DNA of 63,114 nt, counting the filler, from Reticulomyxa filosa (taxonomy: Eukaryota; Protista; Foraminifera): NCBI GenBank assembly GCA_000512085.1. It is 26 parts of 26 records of this genome, joined end to end, with 100 filler letters (N's around TTAATTAATTAA, not from the genome) between each part and the next. Parts side by side here need not be neighbours in the genome. Positions count along the whole stretch, not along the records: positions 34,529 to 42,676 come from ASPP01029630.1; positions 42,777 to 45,683 come from ASPP01005562.1; positions 45,784 to 47,325 come from ASPP01014767.1; positions 47,426 to 50,478 come from ASPP01003451.1; positions 50,579 to 51,998 come from ASPP01026646.1; positions 52,099 to 53,171 come from ASPP01040200.1; positions 53,272 to 56,084 come from ASPP01021636.1; 19 more parts are not named here. One strand, 5' to 3'. Both the position numbers and the translations under genes were made by a program. Shown here one piece after another: positions 42,601 to 55,246 of this stretch (positions are counted from its first letter, which is position 1; each line of letters begins with the position of its first letter). Under the pieces are notes generated by a model. That model was not told the origin of the DNA. It did no database searches and worked only from the letters and a program-made list of their open reading frames with translations.

Positions 42601-42676
42601 CAAGAACAATTGTTCTTATGGATGGAACTGGATCAATGGATCATTTGTTGCAGAAAGCCAAAAATGCAGTCAGCAC
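39615..42676 (+). CDS. Giant protein, part 2: SecA-like SF2 ATPase/helicase followed by start of a vWA domain
   Basis: PHAAQ, IQIRTGEGKS (41001), YSDYLSCRD, IHYGTFN, LLIDEVD (41307), GVSGT, AVLVFFE, FGRGTDF (42177), GGVHVI, QIKGRTARQ (42279). MIDAS-like IVLMDGTGSM at 42621. Joins part 1 by a +1 shift at A4 (39611-39614). Confidence 0.88.
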
Positions 42677-45278
42677 NNNNNNNNNNNNNNNNNNNNNNNN
42701 NNNNNNNNNNNNNNNNNNNNTTAATTAATTAANNNNNNNNNNNNNNNNNNNNNNNNNNNNNNNNNNNNNNNNNNNNAATGCAAAGTAAAGTTGACACTTA
42801 AAACGGCACCTTATAGAGATAATTGATTTTCTTCATGAAAAAAACAACATTCAGACATAATTGTGTAGTTTTTAAATATCATTTTGAATTTCGTTTTTTA
42901 TTAAATCTTTACTAATTGTTTAAAAAATTTAAATATTTTATTGATTTTTGAAAATTTTCAAGAAAAAGTTGACAAAAGTGACTTTATCGTAACAATGAAA
43001 TTTGCTAACTTTTTTAAAAATATTTCAGAAAGTGCTAACTCGTGATGTGTAGTTTTTTTAATAAATGGAGTTCTACAGGTTGTCAGACAGGAGAAAAGTT
43101 TTAATTCAATTACTGTTTCTTGTTTTTTAGTTTTTTATTCATCTTTTTTGTTGTTTGTTATCTTAAACGCTTGAACTAAGATTATATTGAGTTAATGTAT
43201 CGTTTTATTGACTTCGCTGGGTAGTAAAGTGATAATGATATAATTGACTTAACTGTGGTAGTTGAAGTCGTTATGCTTGAGATAAAAACAAGAACGATGT
43301 CAAGATTGATCGCATTCACATGAACCTTCACCACTAGTGCAATCAGAAATTATATTTGTTGATTTATCTTTTATTTCACACTTACAAGTATTGAAAACTA
43401 GCTCGCACAATAATGCAATTCGATATGATTTTGTGTTTTATTTTGCTTTTCAGATGACGTATACTATGATTTGATGTTGGGATTATTGTTATATAATTGG
43501 TTGATAAAATTGTGGATGATCAGTCGATTCTACTAATATGAGCTGTTAGTGCAGATGATTTGGTGCGTGGATTACCTAGAAAAGCGAAGTCATGATTATT
43601 GGACAATAAACTGATTTTAGTGTTTTGCCGTCACCAGGCCAGTGGATTATAGAAAATGTCGATTATCGAATGTCTTATTAAGTTCAATCTAGAACACTTT
43701 ACAATGAATAGATAATGAAATGTCGATATTGTCTTCAATTACGATTGCAATAAGAACTGTAGTTAAAAGTACAATATGATAATCATAAATCGATTTGGTT
43801 CAAGACAATGTTAGGTGGTCTACTTGATTGCAATTTGGAGTATATTAGTGAAAACTTTTTGACATGTTTGCACGAGGTTTGTGTCATGTCGGAACAATCA
43901 AGTACATAATTCCAGTTCAAATCAATGTCCATTTGCAGGATTGCTCAAGTATATATACGCAATGGCGCTTTGTATGAAGAGTTATTTGCTTTTTTATGTG
44001 ATATAGTTTTGTCTACTAATTGAATAGCTGGAGTATGTTATACAATGACGAAAGCATTAATGCTGGATTGTATTATTCTATATTTTGCGAAATAAGAATA
44101 AGATCTACTTTATTTAATAATGATGCAATTCGAATATTAACATAATTGTTTTTAAATGCAGATTGTATGATGATATTAAATTCGATCATCATCTGATGCT
44201 TTGCAATATCTACTTTGATCCATTGTTCATGTATTATCAGATATTTGCCACATCCAAGAGAATGTTCACTGGATACCAATTCAATTTTGGACGTTTCATT
44301 ATAAGTACAACAGCGGCATAAGAACCACAGCAATGTACAATACAATGACGATTCATTGTATTCGGTGGAGCAATTTGATATTTTTCACAACAATTGTGGA
44401 GACTACATAGAATATCAATACGAAAATGAAAAAGTTTATTTGCCTTCTCCACCGCTAAGAAGTCATATCATAAATTCCCCTTTTCGAGCGAGGCCTGTGC
44501 GAAGACACCTGATGCAAATGTTTGAGAACGAACAAGATTAGCATAATCAAGAAAATGTCACACTAGAATTAGAAGAAGATATTAATAAAAAATATTCTAA
44601 TTGTAAATTTTTTTGTGTTTTTCCAAGTGTTTCTAAACACTATTTTCTAAGTACATTCTAAAAAGTTTTTATCTTTCAACTTGTGGACTTTTGTTGTATA
44701 TTGAAAAAACTAAGTAATACTTCTTAAAAAATTTCTGTATAATATTAAAAACTGTTTCCCAAAAAGTATGCTTATAACTAAAAAATTTTGGAGTAAAAAA
44801 TTGTAGTAAAAAAAAGCTATATAAAAACGCTTCTAGGAAAAGAAAAAGAAAATTCTTTATTGGGAAATTTCTTTAGTACTTTCTGAATTCTTAATTTTTA
44901 ATAAGTTTTAATATTTTTCAATTAAATTTGTTTTAATTCATCAAAATAGATATAATTTCACATTATCTGTATGATTTCTGTAACCTCAAGAATTTTCAGT
45001 CTTTTCAAAAAATAAAATAATATCTTTTTGAAAAATTTTTTAGTTCAATTCGTGTTTCATTACTTTTGCTTGTAATTTTATTAAATCATAAACAGAATTA
45101 ATGCAAAAAAAAAATTTTTGAAAAGTTTTTTAGAACGTATAATGAAAAGGAAGATAAAAATAAAGAAAGCAAACTTAATTTGGGTAATCATGTTGCTGCA
45201 TATCATACTGTGTATGAATATAAAAGAAATATAAAAAGAAAAAGAGAACTGTAAAGAAAAAGAGCTGAACTATTGGAT

Positions 45279-45652
45279 AGCATACACACATACAAACCGT
45301 TTTCGTTAACTGATCCCATTCATCCAATGACGGACGAACAAAGACAGTATTGCATACAATGCACAAACATTGCTGCGTCTTATGTCGTTGAAGTTACTTG
45401 TGCTTATGTCTGCAACACTTGTCTAGATACTCCAACCTTGCTGTGTTTGCTCTCAAATGTCTATATATGCAGGGAGAACTAAGAAAAGGATTTTTGTGGA
45501 CGTGGACTGCTCTACGAACCAACAGCAATTATTACCCAGCTTTGCGAATGCTGGTGTACTTACACATACGCGAAGGAAACATTGACAAAGCCTTGGAAAT
45601 GCTCAAAAAACGAAAACCAGTACCAATTGACAAGTGGATTACTTCCAACTAG
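45279..45652 (+). CDS. Hypothetical protein fragment with a TPR-like helix pair
   Basis: YYPALRMLVYLHIREGNIDKALEML, spread over two spliced ORFs. Confidence 0.35.
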
Positions 45653-45829
45653 TTTTCTATTTATTATTAACATTTTTTTTTTTNNNNNNNNNNNNNNNNN
45701 NNNNNNNNNNNNNNNNNNNNNNNNNNNTTAATTAATTAANNNNNNNNNNNNNNNNNNNNNNNNNNNNNNNNNNNNNNNNNNNNGAATATTTATCATTCCT
45801 TTTTTTTTTTTTTTAAAAAAAAAAAGGTA

Positions 45830-45993
45830 CAAAACAGATTTCTTTGAGTTGAATGTCCGTCCGTCCAACAATAAAAAATTCATGGAAAGGGTCTTGCAAT
45901 TCGCCTTGGGTTATCCATTTGCCAATCATATCAAAAATTGGACGACAAATCTATTTCACGCACACATATACATATATACATATAAATAAATAA

Positions 45994-46031
<38 letters not shown>

Positions 46032-47285
46032 GTATAATTTATTTGTTTGTTTATTGAAAAGTTGAAAACGTAACATGATCCAAAATATTGCATGTGAATT
46101 GGTGCTGAAATTCATCTCCAGTTCGACAAAATTTGAAAATTTGCGAGACAATCATTCCACCACAGCTGCCCTTCACAGCTTGGCAAAACAGATTTAATAA
46201 ATGAAAGCGCTGCAGTGGCTGCTCGAAATACGAGCGCAATCGATCCAATGTCATTTTTTCTTCGGCCACACAATTTCGGTCCAATGACCGTTGCAATTGC
46301 TCGTGTAACACTCTTTTTATTTTTTTTTTTTTTTATTTTCAATTGCTTACTGGTCATTTCTTTTTTCCAAATTTTTTTTTAAAAAAAAAAATTTGGAAAA
46401 ACAAACAACAATACCCAAAGAGTTGATATAGCGTGGTCACTTCTTCATCCAATGCACCTAAAAAACTCTGTTCATTTGTTTGTAGTAACAATGGAAATGA
46501 GTTTTTTCTACATTTTTCAATGCCGAACAAATGGGCATTTGCTCAACTTGCAACACCAGACCATCATTGCTGGATGAGGCGGATCTGTGTTCTTTGATGA
46601 ATTGACCCACTCGAATATGCAATACGCCCAAATTGCACATTTCTCGGATTTGACGCCTTTGGCTTGGCAGCAGTCGCAACTACACAGACAATAGAAAGAT
46701 AGAGGGAAGACAATTCAATTCAAATTAAACATGAAAGAAATAAGTAAATAAACGTGAGATTTTGCTTGGACATTTGTCCAATCCCGTGTTTCAATAAATG
46801 TGGTTTCGAGTCCTTGGCATGCATACAATATGTCACGTATCAGCAGTAATTCGTCTACAAGTTCGCCTTTTAACCCTGTTTTCATTAGACGCCCCCCCCC
46901 CACACACACATATATAACATATAAAATATATATTTTTTTATATCTATATAAAAAGGGTCTTTCGTTTTTGCTTTGTTGTACTTTTCTTTTTACAAAAAAA
47001 AAAAAAAAAAAGTCGGATTTGTTCTTAATGTTGTTCTATGCATTTTTTTTTTTTTTTTGTAGAGATTCATATGCAACCTGGAGGCTCAAATGTCGATAGG
47101 GAGGGTTTGTCCAAACGATGGAAAGGATTTGTTTGCAATTCGTCCATGTACTGTTGCTGTTGCAACTTGCTCGAGGCATACGGATGTGGGTGTTTCTCCA
47201 CAGCAGGGATGTGATAAATCGGCGGCGTCGAAGTCGAGCTAACTTTGTCATTACGAGCTGATTTTGGCTTGCTTATTGAGAGTTG
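45830..47285 (-). CDS. TUBGCP3: Gamma-tubulin complex component 3 (GCP3/Spc98), GRIP1 region, multi-exon, partial
   Basis: LIRDILYACQG, IREMCNLGVLH, GLVLQ, MTLDRLRSYFEQPLQR, GSCGG..RTGD, CRPIFDMIGKWITQGELQDPFHEFFI. Confidence 0.85.
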
Positions 47286-47287
47286 AT

Positions 47288-47325
<38 letters not shown>

Positions 47326-47934
47326 NNNNNNNNNNNNNNNNNNNNNNNNNNNNNNNNNNNNNNNNNNNNTTAATTAATTAANNNNNNNNNNNNNNNNNNN
47401 NNNNNNNNNNNNNNNNNNNNNNNNNATTTCATTTAAGCAAAAGTTTGAAAAGTTTTTTTTTATAAATCATATTGTAAATTTTTGCGTCGGTTCATTTTAA
47501 AGGATTTTTTTTTTATATGTTAATGAAGACAGAGTTTTTTGAAACGCAAATGTTCGACAGTTTGTTTTTTAAATAAGAGAAAAAACTTTTAAAAAAGGTT
47601 TATAATCCCTGTACGCAGGAAAAGTGAGTAAACCTAAAAATTCAGAAAAAAAAATGAAAACTAGGTTATTTCAAGGGTCGCCATTTGGAGTGCTACTGTT
47701 ATAATTGAGGATAATGGTTCAGAAATACCTAAGTGTTTTGCTTTTTACAAAATTATTGAAAAGTGCCTTTATTTAACGATAATTTTATACTAAAAGTGTG
47801 TTGATATCACATTATATCTGCTTCATTACTCTTTCTTGATTTACATGATTTTTGCACTGAATGATGCGAGGTAGAATTTTTCCACTCTTTTCATGTCAAA
47901 AAAAATTTCATTTTTAAATAACAAAAATAAAAAA

Positions 47935-49091
47935 TTAAGAAATTTGGAGGGGTTTGGGTCCAACTTTCGTTCGCACTTCGCATATGGCTTTCAAGTCCAA
48001 AGCACTTTTTTGCAGTTCCGTGAATTTTTCGTCAAGTTCTTTATTTGAGTTGATTACATTTTCCAAACTAGTATTTTCATCCGAGATATTTCTTCCACAT
48101 ATCACATCAGCCATTTCTTTTTCTATTTTATCGACTATCACACATCATAAAAGTTTTAAGAGACGATCTTTGCATTACAAAAAGCAAATATAGAAACAAA
48201 ACAAAAGGCATTGTCATCATTATCATTTGTGGATGAACAAACAGCATCCAATTCTTTCCATTTTTGTTGTAATTTTTGTTGTTGTTCATTACTCCATCGC
48301 GATTTATTCAATTTGTTCAATAAATCTATCATTGTTTTCTCTTCTTTATCCAAATTTTCTTGGGCCTCGGTCAACGCATTATTCAATTGAGTGATCTCGT
48401 CATTGTCGCCCCCTGCATTTTCTTTATTCTCTGTTTCTTTCTTATTTGTTCTTGTACTGTCGTCACTGTTGGGTTTTGGTGTCCTTTTTTTTTTTTTTTT
48501 TTTTTTGTGATTAAGATTTAAAAAGAATGGCATCGAACAATGAGAAAAGTAGACGGAGTTTTGTTAATCACTACTAATTTTTTTTTTTTAGAAACGGGTT
48601 GTTTGTACGTTTTTTTTTTGCTTAGTCAGACAAACTTTAAAGAAACGTGATTGGGAACATCGAATAAAAACATCTTGTGAACAGCTAGTGATCTCCCCTT
48701 CAACATCTGGCAAGCTGTTTGAATAACTTGATATTCTGATTGTTGTCCTTGTTGGGTTTTGCCGTTTGGTGCATCAGGCAGTCCATTTTCTTCTCGATAT
48801 GTTTGTAAGTGCTCATCGATCAATTGGTTCCATGTTCGCTCTAGTTGTTCTATTTCTGATGGAGCGCATTGTAATTTATTCACTGATTTTGTATTTACGT
48901 TCCATTGGCGCAGTAACTTTGCATCTTGGGTATGTCTTAGTATTGGGTGCGATTTAGACATTATATACACCCTTTTTTTTTTTTAATAGTTGTTTGTTAA
49001 CATGATGACAATCTCCGATTTTTGAGCAAGAAAAAACGAAAACGTATGTTGTTGCTCTTTTACTTTTCTTTATCTCCAGCATTTGCGACAT
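47935..49091 (-). CDS. Hypothetical coiled-coil protein, multi-exon
   Basis: Chain of same-strand ORFs separated by poly-T/poly-A introns. No family recognised and the start is uncertain. Confidence 0.5.
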
Positions 49092-49336
49092 TATTGACGC
49101 ACTTTTCCTCTGTTGTTGCTGCTTCCATCTTTGAGAATTGTTTATAGGCTTACTCTTAAATATATCCACAATTATAAAAGGGATACCCCAGATTCACAAA
49201 GACCGAAACTTCACCGTTAAGAAAGTGTTTGTTTTTGCAAATTGTCTCGAAACAACGTCTTTTTGTTTGTTGGCAACAAAACACTCTAAAAAGTTTTTTT
49301 TTGCTTATCCTTTTAAGAAAGGGACCGTCGAAAAAG

Positions 49337-50110
49337 ATGACCCAAACAATAAGTCGTAAACTTCAAATTTTGTGCTTGCATGGATTCAAGCAACATGGAC
49401 AAAACTTCAAGCATCGTTGCAATTCTTTACAGAAAGTGTTGCGAAACTATGCGGACTTGCACTTCATAGACGCTCCTCACAAGCTACCAACACTGACTGA
49501 AAAAGACACAACCGGAAATGAAAGCGAAGTGAAGAACGACAACTACTTAACCTGGTGGAATACAGTAGAAGAGAAAAATGCAACAGATAAGATTCACAAG
49601 ATACGCTATGATGGACTATCGGAAAGCATCAGACTTATAGCGGAGGTAAATGAGAAGAATGGCCCATTTGATGGAATACTGGGGTTTTCCCAAGGGGGCG
49701 TGCTATTGGCAATATTGTGTGCTCTGAGAGAGCGTGAAAAATTTGTACAAACAAAAAGTGACGTTGTAAAAACTCCTCTCAATACAAATTGGAATGAAAG
49801 TGTACTGAAAGATGTGGATACTTTAAAGTTTAAATTTGCGTGGATTGTTGGAAGTTTTAAACCAAGGGATTCTTCTGTGGTTGACATTTTTAATATTTGT
49901 TCACAAAACACTCAAGAGTCTATCAAGCTTGAAATCCCCACTATGATCGTTGTTGGAAAAGGTGATGATATTACTCCTTTGGACACTGTTGTTGATTTAA
50001 GTAGGTGTTTTAAAAATCCTTATCTCGTCATTCACGATCGAGGCCATTATATTCCTGTTTATGAGGAAGTCAACAATAAGTATATTGTCTTCTTAAAGCA
50101 ATTTCTTTGA
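49337..50110 (+). CDS. Serine hydrolase FSH1/OVCA2 family
   Basis: ILCLHGFKQ, FIDAPH, TWW, GPFDGILGFSQGG (nucleophile Ser), GKGDDI, HDRGHYIP. Single exon. Confidence 0.92.
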   Translation: MTQTISRKLQILCLHGFKQHGQNFKHRCNSLQKVLRNYADLHFIDAPHKLPTLTEKDTTGNESEVKNDNYLTWWNTVEEKNATDKIHKIRYDGLSESIRLIAEVNEKNGPFDGILGFSQGGVLLAILCALREREKFVQTKSDVVKTPLNTNWNESVLKDVDTLKFKFAWIVGSFKPRDSSVVDIFNICSQNTQESIKLEIPTMIVVGKGDDITPLDTVVDLSRCFKNPYLVIHDRGHYIPVYEEVNNKYIVFLKQFL

Positions 50111-51189
50111 TTGTAATGCTATTTTGACAAGGGCACTTTTAAATTGAAACAAAACAATTCAACAATCTTTAAATCAAACTTTTTAAAAAATAAATTGTGT
50201 CATCGTATATGTCCATATTTCTGCTAAAAACACAGTTTTCTTGTTTTCTCTTAATTTTTTGGAAGCAAAAAGTATTTATTTGAAATCTCTTATTTTGTTA
50301 TCAATACTTACTGAAACACGTATTGTAGCGCCAAATCGCAAAATAAGCAAATATTATTATTATTTGTAAATTATTTGCTTAATTTAATTATACTATTATC
50401 TTAAATGCACCTTAGATTATAAAAAATATGCGTATGTTAACAGTGGGAGTACTAAAGTGAACAAATTGCCATTGACATNNNNNNNNNNNNNNNNNNNNNN
50501 NNNNNNNNNNNNNNNNNNNNNNTTAATTAATTAANNNNNNNNNNNNNNNNNNNNNNNNNNNNNNNNNNNNNNNNNNNNTCAGCAATAATAAAACATATTT
50601 TTTTTTATTTTATTAATTATTTTTTAACATTTGCATTATCTTACACTTCAAAAAAAAAATTTTTATTCAAATTTCAAGTTGATCTTCTTTATTAAAAAAA
50701 ATTACAAAAATGCAATTTTTTTTTCCACAAATAAGAACAAATTTAATAAAAAATTTTTTTAAAGAGAAAATTATATTTACTTTTTCCACAGAGAGGTTTT
50801 TTCAAAGGGGCATATTTTTTAAAAAATTAATTCAAGATAGGATATCATTTGCATGCTTTATATTAAACCAAAAATATGGACAAGAAACGGTGCAAACGAA
50901 CGAAAAACAACAGTAAAGAAATAATGAAATGTTGTTTTTTACCAAATCAGGACTGAGAATTAAATAAGACTATGATAAAAACATTTTCCAATTTCATCTT
51001 CTAGATGTTGATATATATGTTGTACAAGTCTATGAATATGGATATATATGTGTAAATAATGTTATTTTAATATTTCGTTGATATTGATGGATGATCGTGA
51101 AAAATATGTTGACAGTATCATATTTAAATATTAAATTCGTGAAACAGATGGAAAATATTTAGAAATGCTATTATAGATAAAATTTTTGA

Positions 51190-51300
51190 ATATAGCAATG
51201 TTGCATGAAGACAACAAATGTGTGCATTTGATTGGAGGAAGATTTGGCTTATGAAAATGTGTAAGACAAATCGCACTGAACATGAACAAATATATTGGTG
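51190..51300 (+). pseudogene. Kelch-like remnant
   Basis: AMLHEDNKCVHLIGG resembles the IHIIGG segment at ~20000-20030. Surrounded by stops. Confidence 0.35.
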
Positions 51301-52098
51301 AAGAAAAAAAGGAGAAAACTAGTATTGATAATATGTTGTAATAACTTTGAAAAGTGATTGTATCAATGTAAATGGAAAAATTACTTTAGAAAATGCATAT
51401 ATGTCATTCAAAACGAGTAATCATTATTTTGTTTTGTAAAAAAAAAGTTAATTGATGAAATTTTGTTGAATATGATTTGAGGAAAATAAACAAACTGAAA
51501 GCAATGGAGGGAAAGTTAATGCATCGAGTAATTCTTTTAATTGTATGTTTACTTGGATTAAAAAAAAATAAAATAACAGGCTGAATATGTGATAATAAAT
51601 GAAATAAAAATATTGCTAAAATTAAAAAACTGTATATATGGAGAATTTATTCAAAAAAATCATGAGTTTGCAAATGGAAAAATGATTAAATAAAAAGAGA
51701 ATGTGCAAAAATATAACAGAATGATTCAAAAAATAAGCTAATTGGATAAAAAAAGTGGAACTGCTTTATGCTGATATTCGTTTAAAAATAATTTTCTTTC
51801 ATTTGTTTTTGAAGTTATACTTATTAATCAAACTAAACGAAAAATAAAAAGAAAAGTAGATATTAAATCAAAGAAAATCAAAAATGAAAAAGTATGCTTA
51901 CAAGCAAACGGAGGGCACTAACACAACTTTTTTTTGCAATTAGCTATAAAAGTTGATCAGAAGTATACGTATCATATATAAAAAAAAATATACACTCCNN
52001 NNNNNNNNNNNNNNNNNNNNNNNNNNNNNNNNNNNNNNNNNNTTAATTAATTAANNNNNNNNNNNNNNNNNNNNNNNNNNNNNNNNNNNNNNNNNNNN

Positions 52099-52421
52099 TT
52101 CGATCTGGTCAACAAATTCAAGTGTTCAATGGACATTCAATTACTGTGACATGTGTTGAATATTCACCATTTGTAATAAAGAATATTAATGGTAATTCAA
52201 ATGTGATATGTTCTGGATCAACTGATAATACAATTCGTTTTTGGGATATTCGATCAAGTAAGAATGAATTGTTTATGATCAAAGGAGACTATAAAGAAGA
52301 TAATGGAATAATTTATCTTAAATTTATTAGATTGAAAAAGAAAAAGGAGACAAAGAATATTGCACATGATTTGAATTTGTGTTATGGTTCACTCAAGGGT
52401 CCCATTCGTATTTGGGGATAA
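52099..52421 (+). CDS. WD40-repeat protein, C-terminal fragment
   Basis: FNGHSITVTCVEYSP..ICSGSTDNTIRFWDIR..CYGSLKGPIRIWG*. Confidence 0.9.
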
Positions 52422-53271
52422 TTTTCTGTTTTATGAAATAAGAAATAAAAGTGTTTTTTTGTTTAAAGAGTTTGATTAAAGAAAAATAAAGTGATATTAA
52501 ACTTGCTTGATTTGATTAAATGCAAGCATTGAAGGATGTGTTTTATTTTGCTTTGTTGTTTCAAAAAATTGAAATAGTTGCATTCAATGTTTTTTAAAGA
52601 CTTGAAAAGCATAATTAATGAAAATTGTATCCAAATATCAAAATATATTCCAAGATATTTTAAGTGTTGTATTTTTTGTATAATCGAGCAAGATTATTTT
52701 GTAGTAATTCATGATAGAATTCTTTACTGTTTAGAAGAACACCGAATATTATTTAAAAACTTGAAATATTGTTGCTGCCATTGAAGAATGCAGTGATAGA
52801 TATAAAAAAAGGCAAGCAAATAGTGAATCGTTTTAGATGATGCATCAATCAAAACACAATATATGGTCATGGATTAATTGTGGCTACAAGAAAAGGATTA
52901 TAGATGGACTATACGAAATATAAGTGCTTACTTGCATCAAGTGTATTGGAAAACACCACGATGGCAAAACAAAGTGTTTTTTATTTTATTCCAAAACTAT
53001 AAAATAGCAAATTATGAATTGCGCAAAACATCAAGTTAACTCTCAAAAATCTGATGTACTTTGTCTAAAGAAAATGTGCAATCTGTCGAGCGTTTGTATT
53101 ATATTTATATGCAAAGATATTGACTGTTTAAAATAATTCCAATTTCTTGATTATTACAACTGGTTTTAGATNNNNNNNNNNNNNNNNNNNNNNNNNNNNN
53201 NNNNNNNNNNNNNNNTTAATTAATTAANNNNNNNNNNNNNNNNNNNNNNNNNNNNNNNNNNNNNNNNNNNN

Positions 53272-53667
53272 CAGAACAAATGAATTGACAATTATCAAAT
53301 GTTGAATAATCAACACTCCACACAATATTTGTATGCCCAGTGAATGTATTGATTAATTTGGATGATGAACGAAATGTATCAAATATGAAGGCAGTATATA
53401 TCTGTGTTAAGTATATTTGAATATTTTGATTGATATTTTAAAAAAAGAAAGAACAAATGAACTGACATAATTGACAACAAGTTTGTTAAACTCATTAATC
53501 CATCCTAATTTAATGTTTAATGTTCGAATCCAATGATGAATAATTATTTGGGTCTCTTCTTCTTTTGACTGTTTCAACTGTAAAACCCAATTTTTGTCAA
53601 AACAAGACTTTTGAAGAATTGGTCTCAAGTCCAGTTTCGCACTATCTTTGCTTTTTTCTTCTTCCAT
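53272..53667 (-). CDS. WD40-family gene, N-terminal part, with a RING/TRAF-family leader (chimeric)
   Basis: MEEEK..SCFDKNWVLQL fused to EEETQIIIHHWIRTLNIKLGWINEFNKLVVNY. Intron 53402-53466, then FDTFRSSSKLINTFTGHTNIVWSVDYS. Confidence 0.8.
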
Positions 53668-55246
53668 TTTACTCAATTTTTTTCTTTTGGTTCTTGGTCT
53701 CTTGGTTAGATGACGTAGATGAATTGATTCTGGAGTTGTTTTTTTGAAGTTTTCTTTAGCTGGGGCAATTTTGTTTTTGGCCAACTCTAATTTATTTTTT
53801 TGGTACAAAAATCACACCATTTGAAAAAAATCATGTCATAAAGTTCTTTTTACTTTTAAAAATTAAAAATGATGATATATTCTAAATGCTGAAATCATGC
53901 GAGAAGAGATTTAACATTTATTGTTAAAGATTAGACTTTATTTGTAAATTCATGTAAAAAAGAATACAGCGTGTTTGTCCTTACTTGATTGTTTCCTACC
54001 AAAAGGAGAAAACTTTAGGACTTTTCAAATAATTTAAAAGTTCAATTGCAGAAAGGATTAAAAGTAAAAAAATTTGCTACCAGTACAACCTTTGAGTAAT
54101 TTTCTTTTCTTAAGAATGAAATGAAAGTGCTACATCATTTAAGAACTGTAAAAAAGAAAAAAAGAGGAACCGAGTAGTTTTTCTAGGAACGCATATTCAA
54201 AATTATCTCGTGTGCAAATGATTACACGATTAATTAAAGAGGTAAAATATTTCAGATGATGCATCTTTTTCTTCATAAATAGTACTTTTGAAGGTATCCA
54301 AATTAATATTGTGTTTAATACTCATTGTTGCAACATATTCCATCGAATAATTTTATTCTTTTCCAACAATTCTTTAAAAAAAACAAAGGAAGACATATAA
54401 TTCAAACAATTTCTTATTTAATGTCAATCTGTTTTTTGTTTTTAAAAATAAAATTATTATTTTGGAAAATCTATATTTTTTGATGAATGGATAATTAAAT
54501 GAAGAATATAATTTCCTTTTTTTTTTAATGCAAAGTAGAAGAATTTCCTATTTGAAGATTTTCCTGCTCAAAATAAATCCAAATTTATAAAAATCAATCA
54601 TCATTACTTTTTGTCTTTTTTTTAACTTATTTGCATTTGCAAGGGAGAATTAGAAAATTCTCACACTGAACTATTTCTGGACATAAAATTCCTCACTCCT
54701 TTTTTTCTGAAAATTCAATTACATCTGTTTTCCCCTTCTAAGAAAAGAGTCCACGTGACTATTGCAATCAATAGTAGAAACAAGCTAAAAAAAGTCAAAA
54801 GCAAAGATCTTCTAATAATTACGTCTGTTATGTCCAAATTCAAAATATAAGCAAAATATCACTTGAAAGGACAATGAAAGTACTATTACAAAGTTAAACT
54901 CTTTTTTTGCAACAACAAGACAAACTATTAAATCTTTGTTACAAAAACCCATTTGTTTTCTAAAAATTCTTTAAAACTACAAAAAAGGTTAAACAACTGT
55001 TTTCAAAGATTTTGTTGAAAACCTTTTGAAAAAAAAACTTGTGATGTATGTATGCACATACTCAGTTTTGGCAAATTCTTTTTAAAAAAATTTCTTGTCT
55101 TCATTGAAAAAAAAATCAAATGTATTGCTAAAATCCATTTTTCATGTTGCTAAAAATATTTTTTAAAACACCTTTCATTGCCCTTGAAAAAAAAAAGCTC
55201 AATATCTTTTTTTTTACATCAAAAACGATCTTAAGAAAAAAACAAA

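Noticed and set aside
39615-42676. Canonical secA from a bacterial contaminant
   Set aside because: Fused to a long helical region and vWA, lacks the SecA C-terminal scaffold/wing region, and has no operon context. Contamination is not fully excluded.
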